Below are positions 8,742 to 18,554 of a stretch of DNA of 64,000 nt, piece after piece. The translations under genes and the position numbers were made by a program. Location: NCBI GenBank assembly GCA_963701375.1, contig CAVOZT010000003.1, positions 508,086 through 572,085 on the forward strand, read 5' to 3'. Source of the DNA: an uncultured Acidimicrobiales bacterium. GTDB taxonomy: Bacteria > Actinomycetota > Acidimicrobiia > Acidimicrobiales > CAVXTF01. Numbering within the stretch: position 1 is the first letter of the stretch; each line of letters opens with the position of its first letter. The notes beneath the pieces were generated by a model. That model was given only the letters and a program-made list of their open reading frames with translations, was not told the origin of the DNA and searched no databases.

Positions 8742-9856
8742 TCGGCCGCTTCCTCGAGCGACACCACTTGCGGCGGGTATCGCTCCGCGTCCAGCTGACG
8801 GTGCTCTACACCGGGCTGATCGGTGCCTTCGTGATCGTCGTGCTCGGAGTCTCCGGGTTGTTGATCCGAACAAGTTCGGTCTCGGTCACGGCGCATCCGG
8901 GCCCTCCGCCGACCAGTGGGCCCCAGTTCAACAGTCGCCACTTCGCCGTCGGAGCAGCCCTCGTCGCGCTCATTGCAGTCTGCGTAGCGGTGGCGGTGGC
9001 GTGGTGGGTCGCGGGACGTTTCTTGCGGCCCTTGCGTGAGATGAACGAGAGCGCGCAGGAGATCTCCACCACGAACCTTCATCGCCGCCTCGGTGTAGCC
9101 GGGCCGGACGACGAGCTCACCGAGCTAGGCCGGACCCTCGACGAGCTGTTCGGGCGCTTGGAGGGGTCGTTCGAGTCTCAGCGGCGTTTCGTGGCGAACG
9201 CCTCACACGAGCTGCGGACGCCACTCGCGGGCCAGCGCACCTTGTTGCAGGTGGCTTTGGCCGATCCGGACGCTGACTCCGAGAGCTTGAGGCTGGCGTG
9301 CGAGGAGGTGCTCTCAATGGGCGAGCGCCAAGAGCGACTGATCGATGCGTTGTTGACCCTCGCGTCCAGTGAGCAGGGGATCGAGTACAGGGAGCCGTTC
9401 GACCTCGCCGTCGTGGTGGAGGGCGTCGTAGCCTCGCGGCGAGAGCTCGCTGCACGAGTAGGCGTCGTCTTGCAGGTGTCGGCGGCGCCCGCCCCGGCGA
9501 GCGGCGACGTGAATTTGATCGAGAGTCTGGTCGCCAATCTGCTCGACAATGCTTTGGAGTACAACCTTCCCGGCGGCACCGCGCAGGTGGCGACGAGCCG
9601 TTCGGGCGGCGAGACCCGGGTTGCTATCAGCAACACGGGGCCGGTCGTCGCGGCAGCGGACGTCGACCGGCTGTTCGGTGCGTTCCAACGGCTCGGGACG
9701 GACCGCACTTCGCGCTCGAGCGGGCACGGTCTCGGACTGGCCATCGTCAAGGCGATCGCCGACGCGCACGGCGCGGTCGTCACGGCCGTGCCCAGGCCGA
9801 ATGGCGGGCTGCATGTGGTCGTGAGCTTGCCTGAAGTCGTTGCTTCGGCCGGCTGA
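8738..9856 (+). CDS. sensor histidine kinase (TM-HAMP-HisKA-HATPase)
   Basis: H-box ASHELRTPL, N-box LLDNALEY, G-box GHGLGLAIV; ATGA overlap with the regulator gene. Confidence 0.9.
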   Translation: MIGRFLERHHLRRVSLRVQLTVLYTGLIGAFVIVVLGVSGLLIRTSSVSVTAHPGPPPTSGPQFNSRHFAVGAALVALIAVCVAVAVAWWVAGRFLRPLREMNESAQEISTTNLHRRLGVAGPDDELTELGRTLDELFGRLEGSFESQRRFVANASHELRTPLAGQRTLLQVALADPDADSESLRLACEEVLSMGERQERLIDALLTLASSEQGIEYREPFDLAVVVEGVVASRRELAARVGVVLQVSAAPAPASGDVNLIESLVANLLDNALEYNLPGGTAQVATSRSGGETRVAISNTGPVVAAADVDRLFGAFQRLGTDRTSRSSGHGLGLAIVKAIADAHGAVVTAVPRPNGGLHVVVSLPEVVASAG

Positions 9857-9880
9857 GCACGCGCCAGATTGCGCCAGCGT

Positions 9881-10402
9881 TTATCGAGCCACGGCGTCGC
9901 TCCGACGAGGTAGAACCCAGCCTGGCCGGGGAAAGTGGCAGGTGTACCCATTCGGATAATTCTCTAAGTAGTCCTGGTGCTCTGGCTCCGCTTCCCAGAA
10001 CGGCCCTGCCGGGGTGACCTCAGTTACGACCTTGCCGGGCCACAGCCCTGACGCCTCGACATCCGCGATGGTGTCTTCGGCGACCTGCCGTTGCTCGTCA
10101 TCGAGGTAGAAGATCGCCGACCGGTAACTTGCGCCAATGTCGTTCCCTTGGCGGTTGAGCGTCGTCGGATCGTGGATCTGGAAGAAAAATTCGAGCAGCT
10201 CACGGTACGACGTCTGCTCCGGGTCGTAGGTGATCTCGATCGCCTCGGCGTGTGTCCCGTGATTCCGGTACGTCGCATTAGCAACGTCGCCTCCGGTGTA
10301 CCCCACCCGGGTCGAGAGCACTCCCGGGAGCTTCCGGATTAGGTCTTGCATCCCCCAGAAGCACCCCCCAGCCAAGATCGCCTTTTTTGTCGTATCACTC
10401 AT
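9881..10402 (-). CDS. msrA: peptide-methionine (S)-S-oxide reductase
   Basis: [13 protein letters not shown] active-site motif; ATGA overlap with the msrB stop. Confidence 0.9.
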   Translation of the reverse strand: MSDTTKKAILAGGCFWGMQDLIRKLPGVLSTRVGYTGGDVANATYRNHGTHAEAIEITYDPEQTSYRELLEFFFQIHDPTTLNRQGNDIGASYRSAIFYLDDEQRQVAEDTIADVEASGLWPGKVVTEVTPAGPFWEAEPEHQDYLENYPNGYTCHFPRPGWVLPRRSDAVAR

Positions 10403-10890
10403 GGGGTAACTTCCTTTTCTGTCACAGGTGTGTCGAACAACTTCTTGTACTGACCATATCCCTCGGCCTCCAGGTCCTCGTAGGGCACGAACCGCAAGGC
10501 GGCCGAGTTGATGCAATACCGCAGGCCGCCTTCCTCAGCAGGACCATCGGTAAAGACGTGACCGAGATGACTATCCCCGTGGGTCGATCGAACCTCGGTT
10601 CTCAGCATCCCGTGGCTTCGATCTTCGTTCTCGACGACGTTGCCCGATTCGATCGGCACGGTGAAACTCGGCCATCCGCATCCGCTGTCGAATTTCTTCG
10701 TGGACGCAAACAGAGGCTCGCCCGACACCACGTCAACGTAGATCCCCGCCTCCTTGTGATCCCAGAACTCGTTGTCGAACGCCGGCTCTGTGGCGCTTTC
10801 CTGGGTGACCTCAAACTGCCTAGGTGTCAGTCCGGAGATCGCCTCTGGGCTCTTTTGGTATTGGTCTGTCACGTCAACTCCCCTCGCCAC
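10399..10890 (-). CDS. msrB: peptide-methionine (R)-S-oxide reductase
   Basis: [42 protein letters not shown] motifs. Confidence 0.9.
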   Translation of the reverse strand: MARGVDVTDQYQKSPEAISGLTPRQFEVTQESATEPAFDNEFWDHKEAGIYVDVVSGEPLFASTKKFDSGCGWPSFTVPIESGNVVENEDRSHGMLRTEVRSTHGDSHLGHVFTDGPAEEGGLRYCINSAALRFVPYEDLEAEGYGQYKKLFDTPVTEKEVTP

Positions 10891-10966
10891 GGTCGTCTCT
10901 TCTTCTGTAGCAGTTGGTGAACACCCAAACCTGCCCCTTCATTTCCCTGGCAGCACAGTTGCCGGC

Positions 10967-12379
10967 CTACACGCCCGGCTTGCTCGCAACCGACCCCTCG
11001 GCGATGGCTGCGACGAGTGCCTGATGGTCGTTGGCGTTCTGGTCCGCATAGGCGCTAGCGAACTCGGTGACCGCGCGGTCGAAACTGTCGCTGGCACCGA
11101 GATACGAACCGATGGCGATCGCATCACCTGACCGGGCATGGGCCCTTGCCAGCGTCCACCCGCACATTTGCCCGTAGATGGCGAGCAATTCGGGAGACAT
11201 CGAATCGACGTCGGCTGAAACCTTCCAGTCCCACAATTGACGTATGTAGTAGTCGCGCATCACACCGTCGACTTCGGCAACTTGTGCCCAGCCGAGGAAG
11301 ATGTCCCCTGTCGCCTGCATGATTCGCTGGCCTTCGACGACACGCTGGCCATGGTTGGTGTAAGCGCTATTACCCAGGAATCGCTCTAGCACGGACGCCT
11401 CCGCTTCTTTGATCTGGAGGATCAGCGGATCGTCGTTACCGCGACCAAGCATGAGCGCGACCCAGGCCCGTGTCCCGACACTGCCCACACCCACTACCTT
11501 GCGTGCCACGTCCACGAGGCGGTGGCCACTCAGCAGACGGCGCCGATCTTCGGTTAGAGAATGTCGATACGAATGCAGCGTCTTATCGGTCGCTACTTCG
11601 ATCTGCTGGGCGTCCGGTTCCCCGAAGAGTTCCTCAAGGGGCACTATCAGAGGTGGATCACTTATGAACCGCATCTTCCCGTCGACTTCGCGGGTGAGTT
11701 TCGCGGCCGCCTTTAGGCGATCCTTGGTTTGGGCCTTGGCCACGGTCTTTTGGAATGCCATCTTCAAATCTGTTCTGGCCTCCGTACCCCATCGAGCGAT
11801 AATGCCCGTCACATCGAGACGGGAGTACCAGATGTCGAGATACCGCATAGAGGCGAATTCCCGGATTGTCTCACGGTATGAGCGCACCGATTTGGCAACG
11901 ATGCTCCTTCCGACTCGTGAGTCAAAGCCTTTGCTGCGCGAGGCGACATCCAGGCTTGCAGCAAGCCGCTTGATGTCCCATTCAAAAGGTCCGACGTGCG
12001 TTTCGTCGAAGTCGTTGACGTCGAAGACCTCATCGCGCTCCGGAGATGCGAAGCCGCCGAAGTTCGAAAGATGGGCGTCGCCACACAGCTGCACCACAAG
12101 TCCAGTTCGGGGCGCCGAAGAAAGATCCGCAGCCATGGGGTAAGCGGCGCCTCGGTAATAGCCGAAGGGTGTCGCCGCCATACGCCCATGTCGGATTGGG
12201 ATCAGATCGGAAACTCGAGTCTTAGCCTGCTCGGCAAGGAGTTCTAGAGGGTCGTGTTGGCGCAGTTCTGGAGACCAATGTGCATGCGCTGACCTGGGCA
12301 CCCGTGAGCGGGCCGCCCTCCCCTTGGCCTCGCGCTCCTGTACTGATTGGTGGCTATCGTTCGTGTTGGTAGGCGACAT
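10967..12379 (-). CDS. DUF2252 domain protein
   Basis: IRHGRMAATPFGYYRGAA..QLCGDAHLSNFGGFASPERDEVFDVNDFDET matches my recollection of the DUF2252 signature. Confidence 0.7.
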   Translation of the reverse strand: MSPTNTNDSHQSVQEREAKGRAARSRVPRSAHAHWSPELRQHDPLELLAEQAKTRVSDLIPIRHGRMAATPFGYYRGAAYPMAADLSSAPRTGLVVQLCGDAHLSNFGGFASPERDEVFDVNDFDETHVGPFEWDIKRLAASLDVASRSKGFDSRVGRSIVAKSVRSYRETIREFASMRYLDIWYSRLDVTGIIARWGTEARTDLKMAFQKTVAKAQTKDRLKAAAKLTREVDGKMRFISDPPLIVPLEELFGEPDAQQIEVATDKTLHSYRHSLTEDRRRLLSGHRLVDVARKVVGVGSVGTRAWVALMLGRGNDDPLILQIKEAEASVLERFLGNSAYTNHGQRVVEGQRIMQATGDIFLGWAQVAEVDGVMRDYYIRQLWDWKVSADVDSMSPELLAIYGQMCGWTLARAHARSGDAIAIGSYLGASDSFDRAVTEFASAYADQNANDHQALVAAIAEGSVASKPGV

Positions 12380-12443
12380 CCCTCATCCCGATCTGGTTCG
12401 CGCGCAAGCGACCGAGGTATACCTCGCTTCGTCTCTCGTTGAA

Positions 12444-12836
12444 TCACGCCAAGATTTTGGACTTGGCCCGTTCGAACTCGCTGTCACTGATGACACCTTT
12501 TGCCCTGAGGTCGCCCAATTTGGCCAGCTCGTCCGCCGTGCTAGTACCTCCGCCCGTCCCTTGAACCCACGACCGCAACGCCTCGCTCTGGGCTTGCGCA
12601 ACTCTGACGTCCCGTTCGTGCATCGAACCGCCTCGAACGATCAGGTACACGAAGACGCCGAAAAACGGCAGAACGAGGATGAAGAACAACCACCCGGCCT
12701 TGCCCCACCCACCGAGATCATGGCTCCGAAACACGTCCCAAATCACGCGGAACAGGATCATTAGCCAGAGAAAGAAAAGAAAGAAATATAGGATCGTCCA
12801 GAACGCGTTCAGCAGTGGATAGCTCGATCCGAACAT
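12444..12836 (-). CDS. membrane protein with PLD-nuclease-N-like domain and C-terminal SHOCT domain
   Basis: WLFFILVLPFFGVFVYLIVRG segment, then ELAKLGDLRAKGVISDSEFERAKSKIL (SHOCT-like). Confidence 0.7.
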   Translation of the reverse strand: MFGSSYPLLNAFWTILYFFLFFLWLMILFRVIWDVFRSHDLGGWGKAGWLFFILVLPFFGVFVYLIVRGGSMHERDVRVAQAQSEALRSWVQGTGGGTSTADELAKLGDLRAKGVISDSEFERAKSKILA

Positions 12837-13020
12837 GTGTGGCCTCCGGTGGTCGATGAACGCTCCGATAGTGGGGCCACTCGGTTTTGGAACGCGAGCA
12901 AGTTGACAGCTCCCGACCCGACGTGGTCACCAGCCAGATCATCGCGCCGACTCGCTGTGGGTGCTGCGTAGAGCTCAGGCGACGCGCAAGGAAATCGCTC
13001 TCGAGGTCGACCGCCGAGGC

Positions 13021-13725
13021 TTAGGACACGTTGAACGCCTGAAAGAGCACCGCGAACTCGCAACCGGCGGCCATGCCTCCGAATCCAGTGATGTCTCGCA
13101 GAAAGGCGTCCGGATCGAAGTCGGTACCCAGAGCCGCTATATAGGCTCCGTGCTCGCTAAGCGACGCGACTCCCGCATCAATGGTGGCGGAGACGTCCAC
13201 GAAGTGCGTGGTGGCCTCTGTACCGCTGATGTAGACCGCCGAGACCCCAGCCCAGGGAGCGCCGAGGTCGGAGAAGACCCACTCGTTGGCAGCATCGCGA
13301 CAAGCATCGAGGACCGCCAAACCGACTGCACGATGGTCTGCATGGTTGACGCTTCCGCCTTCGCCCCAAGTGAGGTCGAAGTTCATCCCTATGACAATCT
13401 CAGGACGCAAGCGCCGTATCGCCCCTGCCAGATCCCGGCGCAGTGGCAGCCCGTACTCCACGGCGCCATCCGGGTGTCCGAGGAATTCGACATGGTCGAC
13501 CCCGACGACGGAGGCGCTGCGGCGCTGTTCTTCTTCGCGCAGCGGCCCGGCTTCCCTCGGCGATAGACCGGCAATTCCGGCTTCGCCACTAGTGGCAAGA
13601 ACGTAAGAAACTTCCTTGCCTTGGGAAGTCCATCTGGCGATGGCACTTGCCGCGCCGTACTCCAGGTCGTCAGGGTGTGCGACGATTGCAACGGCTCGTT
13701 GCCAGTCTTCGTCAACGGGTTTCAT
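13021..13725 (-). CDS. PIG-L family deacetylase
   Basis: VAIVAHPDDLEYGAASAI motif; CAGGAGG SD before ATG 13725. Confidence 0.8.
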   Translation of the reverse strand: MKPVDEDWQRAVAIVAHPDDLEYGAASAIARWTSQGKEVSYVLATSGEAGIAGLSPREAGPLREEEQRRSASVVGVDHVEFLGHPDGAVEYGLPLRRDLAGAIRRLRPEIVIGMNFDLTWGEGGSVNHADHRAVGLAVLDACRDAANEWVFSDLGAPWAGVSAVYISGTEATTHFVDVSATIDAGVASLSEHGAYIAALGTDFDPDAFLRDITGFGGMAAGCEFAVLFQAFNVS

Positions 13726-13861
13726 GAGACCTCCTGAAGCGTTTGACGATAATCGTGACGGCGATTTCTTGGGCAGCCGGCTCATGGTGGCTCTCGGTTC
13801 ATCCTGCTCCCTTTAGGCTTCGCGCGGTGGATCAAACCAGCTCACACCGGCGGAGACCCCG

Positions 13862-15532
13862 ATGACCGGGCCACGGACATCTACGGTGATCCTGTCCGTC
13901 GACGACGACCCCGAGGTGTCCCGGGCAATTGCTCGAGATTTGCGTCGTCGTTATGGGGGGGACTACCGGATTGTCCGGGCAGAGTCAGGCGATCAAGCCC
14001 TTGGCGCACTGCGAGAGCTGAAACTCAGAGGGGACTTAGTGGCTCTTCTGCTGGCGGATTACCGGATGCCCCAAATGAACGGGATCGCTTTTCTCGAGCG
14101 AGCGATGGATCTTTTCCCTTCCGCTCGCCGGGTTCTCCTGACCGCCTACGCCGACACCGATGCAGCCATCGACGCGATCAACGTGGTCGACTTGGATCAC
14201 TACCTGCTAAAGCCTTGGGATCCCCCGGAGGAGAAGCTCTACCCGGTACTGGACGACCTGCTCAGTGCGTGGCAGTCAACTGACCACCGCTCGGTCCAGG
14301 AGACCAAGGTCGTAGGCCACCGGTGGTCGGCACGTTCGTCAGACGTCCGCGAATTCCTGGGCCGCAATCAGGTGCCCTATCGCTGGTACTCGTCGGAGGA
14401 CTCCGAGGGCCAGCGACTTCTTACGGCAGCTGGTGTCGACGGCCTCCGCCTGCCGGTACTGATTACCGGGAATGGGGATGTTCTTGTCGAGCCCACCGAT
14501 GCTGAGCTGGCAGCGAAGGTTGGGCTGGAAACGAAACCCGCGGAGAGATTCTACGACCTCGTGGTCATCGGCGGTGGGCCGGCAGGGCTGGGTGCCGCAT
14601 TGTATGGAGCTTCGGAAGGTCTCCGCACCATCCTGATCGAGCGAACCGCGGCGGGTGGTCAGGCCGGCCAGAGCTCTCGCATCGAGAACTATCTCGGCTT
14701 TCCCGACGGCGTCTCGGGCGCCCAGCTGACTGATCGGGCCAGACGCCAGGCCGCCAAGTTCGGGGCAGAGATCGTCACCGCCCGCGAGGTCGTGGCCATC
14801 GAGGCGAACGGATCGGCTCGCACAATTCGCTTCGCCGACGGAGACACCGTTGACGCGCACTCGATCATCCTCGCCACAGGCGTCACGTACCGCCAACTCA
14901 CTGCGCCGGGGATCGCCGAACTCACCGGACGAGGGGTTTACTACGGATCGGCGATGACTGAGGCGTCCAACGCTGCCGGGCACGACGTGTACATAGTGGG
15001 AGGCGCGAACTCGGCCGGTCAGGCCGCCGTCTTCTTTTCTCGTCACGCCAAGTCGGTCACCATTCTTGTTCGAGGAACTTCACTCGCAGGTTCAATGTCC
15101 CACTACCTCGTGCAGCAAATCGAGGCGATTCCAAACATCACAGTGCGAACCTGTACGGAGGTGATCGAAGGAAGCGGGGACGAGCACCTGGAGACTCTTA
15201 CTCTTCGAGACAAGACCACGGGAGAAACAGAAGTTGTGGAGACTCAGTGGCTCTTCGTCTTCATCGGCGCCGCGCCACGAACCGACTGGCTCGACGACGT
15301 CGTGGTCCGCGACGACCATGGTTTCGTCGTCTCGGGACCGGACCTTCCGATGGACGGGTCGCGACCTAAGGGGTGGACCGAGGATAGAGCGCCATACCAC
15401 CTCGAAACCAACATCCCAGGGGTTTTCGTGGCCGGAGACGCTCGGGCTGAATCGGCGAAGAGAGTTGCTTCAGCCGTCGGGGAAGGCGCCATGGCGGTCA
15501 TGCTCGTCCACAGGTATCTCGAGAAGAGGTGA
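13862..15532 (+). CDS. fused response-regulator receiver / thioredoxin-reductase-like flavoprotein (no CxxC)
   Basis: N-terminal REC (ILSVDDDPEV..LLLADYRMPQMNG). C-terminal FAD/NAD(P) fold (VVIGGGPAGLGAA, IVGGANSAGQAA, FVAGDAR). GVYYGSAMTEA replaces the GVSACATCDG redox site of E. coli TrxR. Confidence 0.85.
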   Translation: MTGPRTSTVILSVDDDPEVSRAIARDLRRRYGGDYRIVRAESGDQALGALRELKLRGDLVALLLADYRMPQMNGIAFLERAMDLFPSARRVLLTAYADTDAAIDAINVVDLDHYLLKPWDPPEEKLYPVLDDLLSAWQSTDHRSVQETKVVGHRWSARSSDVREFLGRNQVPYRWYSSEDSEGQRLLTAAGVDGLRLPVLITGNGDVLVEPTDAELAAKVGLETKPAERFYDLVVIGGGPAGLGAALYGASEGLRTILIERTAAGGQAGQSSRIENYLGFPDGVSGAQLTDRARRQAAKFGAEIVTAREVVAIEANGSARTIRFADGDTVDAHSIILATGVTYRQLTAPGIAELTGRGVYYGSAMTEASNAAGHDVYIVGGANSAGQAAVFFSRHAKSVTILVRGTSLAGSMSHYLVQQIEAIPNITVRTCTEVIEGSGDEHLETLTLRDKTTGETEVVETQWLFVFIGAAPRTDWLDDVVVRDDHGFVVSGPDLPMDGSRPKGWTEDRAPYHLETNIPGVFVAGDARAESAKRVASAVGEGAMAVMLVHRYLEKR

Positions 15533-15536
15533 TTCA

Positions 15537-16977
15537 GTGAACAAGGACACCTCGTGTGACGTGGATGAGCTTCGCACTCTCTTCTTGTTCGAGAAGCTCA
15601 GTGACGAACAACTGACGTGGCTCTGCCACGAGGGACACGTGGAGGTCATCGAGCAGGGATGGGTCTGTCGAGAAGGCGAACCGGCTGAATATCTCTATGT
15701 CCTGCTCGAGGGATCGGTCGCCCTGAGCCGTCGAGTCGGCCAAGAGGACGTCGAGTTCAGCAGGTCCGACCACCCGGGTGTCTACGGCGGAGCATTTCAA
15801 GCGTATCTGGGTGATCGAATCCCACAGGTTTACAACAACTCGCTTCGCGTCACAGAGACGTCGAGATTCTTCGCGCTTGGTGCCGACAAGTTTGCTCAGC
15901 TGATGACCGAGTGGTTCCCAATGGCGCTTCATCTCCTCGAAGGACTGTTCTTCGGGATGAGGAATAGCCAGCAGGTCGTTGAACAGCGCGAGCGACTTTT
16001 GGCACTTGGCGCATTGTCAGCCGGGCTGACGCACGAACTGAACAATCCGGCGGCGGCGGCAGTTCGTTCCACGTCGTCGTTCCGCGACCGCTTGAATGGG
16101 ATGCGCCACGGGCTGGCAACGATTGCGTCGAGCTCATTTGACTCAAGCACCCTGAAGTCACTGCTGCGAATGCAGGATCTCGCAGTCGAGAATTTGCCGA
16201 AGGCACCGAAGTTGACCCCCATCGAAGCATCCGACCTCGAGGACAGACTCGCAGAATGGCTCGTCTCTCACCAAATCGCCGATGGTTGGGAGCTGGCTCC
16301 GGTATTCGCTCAAGCGGGTTTGGACGAGAAGTACCTGGATGAAATCGCCACCATGGTCGGTGTTGGTGACCTCGAAGGCGCAATCCGCTGGCTGAATTGT
16401 GCAAATTGACACTGCTCTGCTGATCGACGAGATCCAAGACTCGACAACTCGGATCTCGACGCTGATATCGGCGGCCAAGCAGTACTCACAGATGGATCGG
16501 GCGCCATACCAGTTCGTGGATGTCCACGAACTGCTCGACAGCACTCTTGTCATGCTGAGTCCAAAGATTGGCAGCGATATAGCTGTTGTCAGACAATACG
16601 ATCGGTCGCTCCCCTCAATCCACGCCTATGCGGCCGAACTCAACCAGGTCTGGACAAATCTGATCGACAACACGATCGGGGCAATGAGTGGTTCGGGACA
16701 GCTTACGATTCGCACCTCTCGAGATGAGGATCGGATGTTGGTCGAGATCGGCGACACCGGAACCGGCATTCCAGAGGAGATCCGCTCGCGGATATTCGAG
16801 CCGTTCTTCACTACGAAGCCGTTCGGCGAGGGGACAGGGCTCGGACTCGATATCTCATGGCGAATCGTTGTCAACAGACATCGGGGTGATCTGCGGTTCG
16901 AGTCGAAACCAGGTGAAACCTACTTCCAAGTTCGCCTCCCCTTAAACGAACCAGAGCCGCCGGACGGACGCCCCTGA
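15537..16977 (+). pseudogene. cNMP-binding-domain histidine kinase split by an apparent 1-nt frameshift near 16396-16406
   Basis: ORF 1 carries the cNMP domain (LFLFEKLSDEQL..REGEPAEYLYVLLEG) and H-box LTHELNNPAAA. ORF 2 (16399..16977) carries only the N/G boxes (NLIDNTIGAM, DTGTGIP, GTGLGLDIS). The two ORFs overlap by 11 nt. Confidence 0.7.
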
Positions 16978-17037
16978 GGCCGAGAACGGTCTTGGCCCTG
17001 CAGCGCCGTCACGGGTTTCGTAGGCGAAGAAGCGATT

Positions 17038-17068
17038 TGTAACCCACGTCGTATTCAACGGCGTTGGC
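17038..17068 (+). promoter_or_regulatory. ECF-type promoter candidate P6 (TGTAACCC box) upstream of the propeller gene
   Basis: TGTAACCC at 17038-17045, then ACGTCGTATTCAACG-GCGT; about 50 nt upstream of ATG 17119. Confidence 0.45.
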
Positions 17069-17118
17069 GATGTGCGCCGACAAGCCTTAACTGCGCTTAC
17101 TAGTTCTTGGAGGATGCA

Positions 17119-18352
17119 ATGCGCTCACTGCGCGCTCTACTCGTTGCTCTCGCCGGCACCATCGGTTTCGGCGCCACGACCTTCGCCAGCCCCGCAAGTG
17201 CTGCTGGCAGTGGGTCGATCTGGACTGTCGAGTCCACCCCCAACCCCCAGGCCACGCAACTGACGGACTCTACGTTGGCCAGCGTCTCGGCCTCGGGACC
17301 TGGCGAGGCGTGGGCTGTCGGTACGTTCTCCGACAAGAACGCGCTCGACCACCCGTTGGTCGAGCACTGGAACGGCTCAAAATGGACGCTTACCGACGTA
17401 CCGCAGCCCGCCGGTCAACAAGCCGTGTTCTCGGGCGTGGACGATCTGGCTCCTGACAACGCGTGGGCTGTCGGAGAGAGCTTCAGCGGCGGGGTCGGTG
17501 AGAACTTGAACGGGTTGACGTTGATCGAACACTGGAACGGCACCGACTGGTCGATCGTGCCTAGCGTTAACCCCGCCGTCGGTGTCGGAGGTGACAGCAA
17601 CGTGCTCTCATCTATCTCCGGTACCGGACCCGACGACTTGTGGGCAGCCGGATGGGACAACAATGTGAAATACCGATACGCTTTCGCTGCTATTCGAACA
17701 TTGGAACGGCACTAAGTGGAAGGCAGTGACTTCTCCGACTCCGCTGTTCGCGGTTCAGTTCGCCTCGGCGATCACGGCCATCAGCCCACACGACGTGTGG
17801 GCAGTAGGCCAGCAATTCACTGACGGCAACAGGACCCTGGCGGCGCACTGGAACGGCACCTCGTGGTCGATCGTGCGCACCCCCAACCTCTCGAGCGTTG
17901 GCACACCCCAGAACCAACTCACCGGGGTGAGCGCCGCCGGCCCCGACGACGTCTGGGCGTCAGGATTCGCCAACAACGTCGACAATCACAACCTGAACGT
18001 GCCGTATGTGCTGCACTGGAACGGAAAGACGTGGCAGCTGACCAAGGTGCCGACCGTCGGCTCCGATGGGAGCGAACTCAACGGCATCGTGGTGGTTTCG
18101 CCCACCGACGCGTGGTCAGTAGGCCAGACCCACGAGAGCGACGGGGCGCTCCTCACACTCACCGAGAAGTTCAACGGCTTGGCGTGGAAGATCTCCGCCA
18201 GTCCCGATCCGGGTTCGCTCGGCAATCTGGTCGTGAACACGCTCCAGGGGGTAGCCAGTGCCGGAGGCGGGAACCTGTTCGCCGTCGGCACTCAAGAGAT
18301 CCAGGGCCAACTGGTCAACCGAACGCTGGCCATCGCCACCACGAAGGGCTGA
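17119..18352 (+). pseudogene. secreted 7-bladed beta-propeller-like repeat protein, frameshifted at the A3 run 17668-17670
   Basis: Signal peptide MRSLRALLVALAGT..ASA. Seven xWAVG..(E)HWNGxxW repeats. Blade 3 continues in the next frame (NTDTLSLLFEHWNGTKWKAV) upstream of the listed second ORF. GGAGGA SD before ATG 17119. Confidence 0.6.
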
Positions 18353-18400
18353 CCCGGTCGCCCTGTTCAGTCGGCAGGTTCGGTCGGCAGGTGTAATCGT

Positions 18401-18436
18401 CCCGATGCCGGGTCGGCAGATCGACCCGGCATCGGG
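18401..18436 (+). terminator. perfect 15-bp GC-rich hairpin downstream of the propeller gene
   Basis: CCCGATGCCGGGTCG-gcagat-CGACCCGGCATCGGG followed by TTGCC; the U-tract is weak. Confidence 0.5.
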
Positions 18437-18523
18437 TTGCCGGGCACAGAATGCTCCTCATTCGATCCCAAATCAGTCAGGACCAGGGCGTTTGGGTGCC
18501 TTCGTGGCAAGAACGGGCGTCCG

Positions 18524-18554
18524 TGTAACCCCGTTGCATATCTATTAGTGAATG
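18524..18554 (+). promoter_or_regulatory. ECF-type promoter candidate P1 upstream of / overlapping the sigma gene start (autoregulation)
   Basis: TGTAACCC at 18524-18531; AGTGA about 17 nt after GTAACC. Confidence 0.45.
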
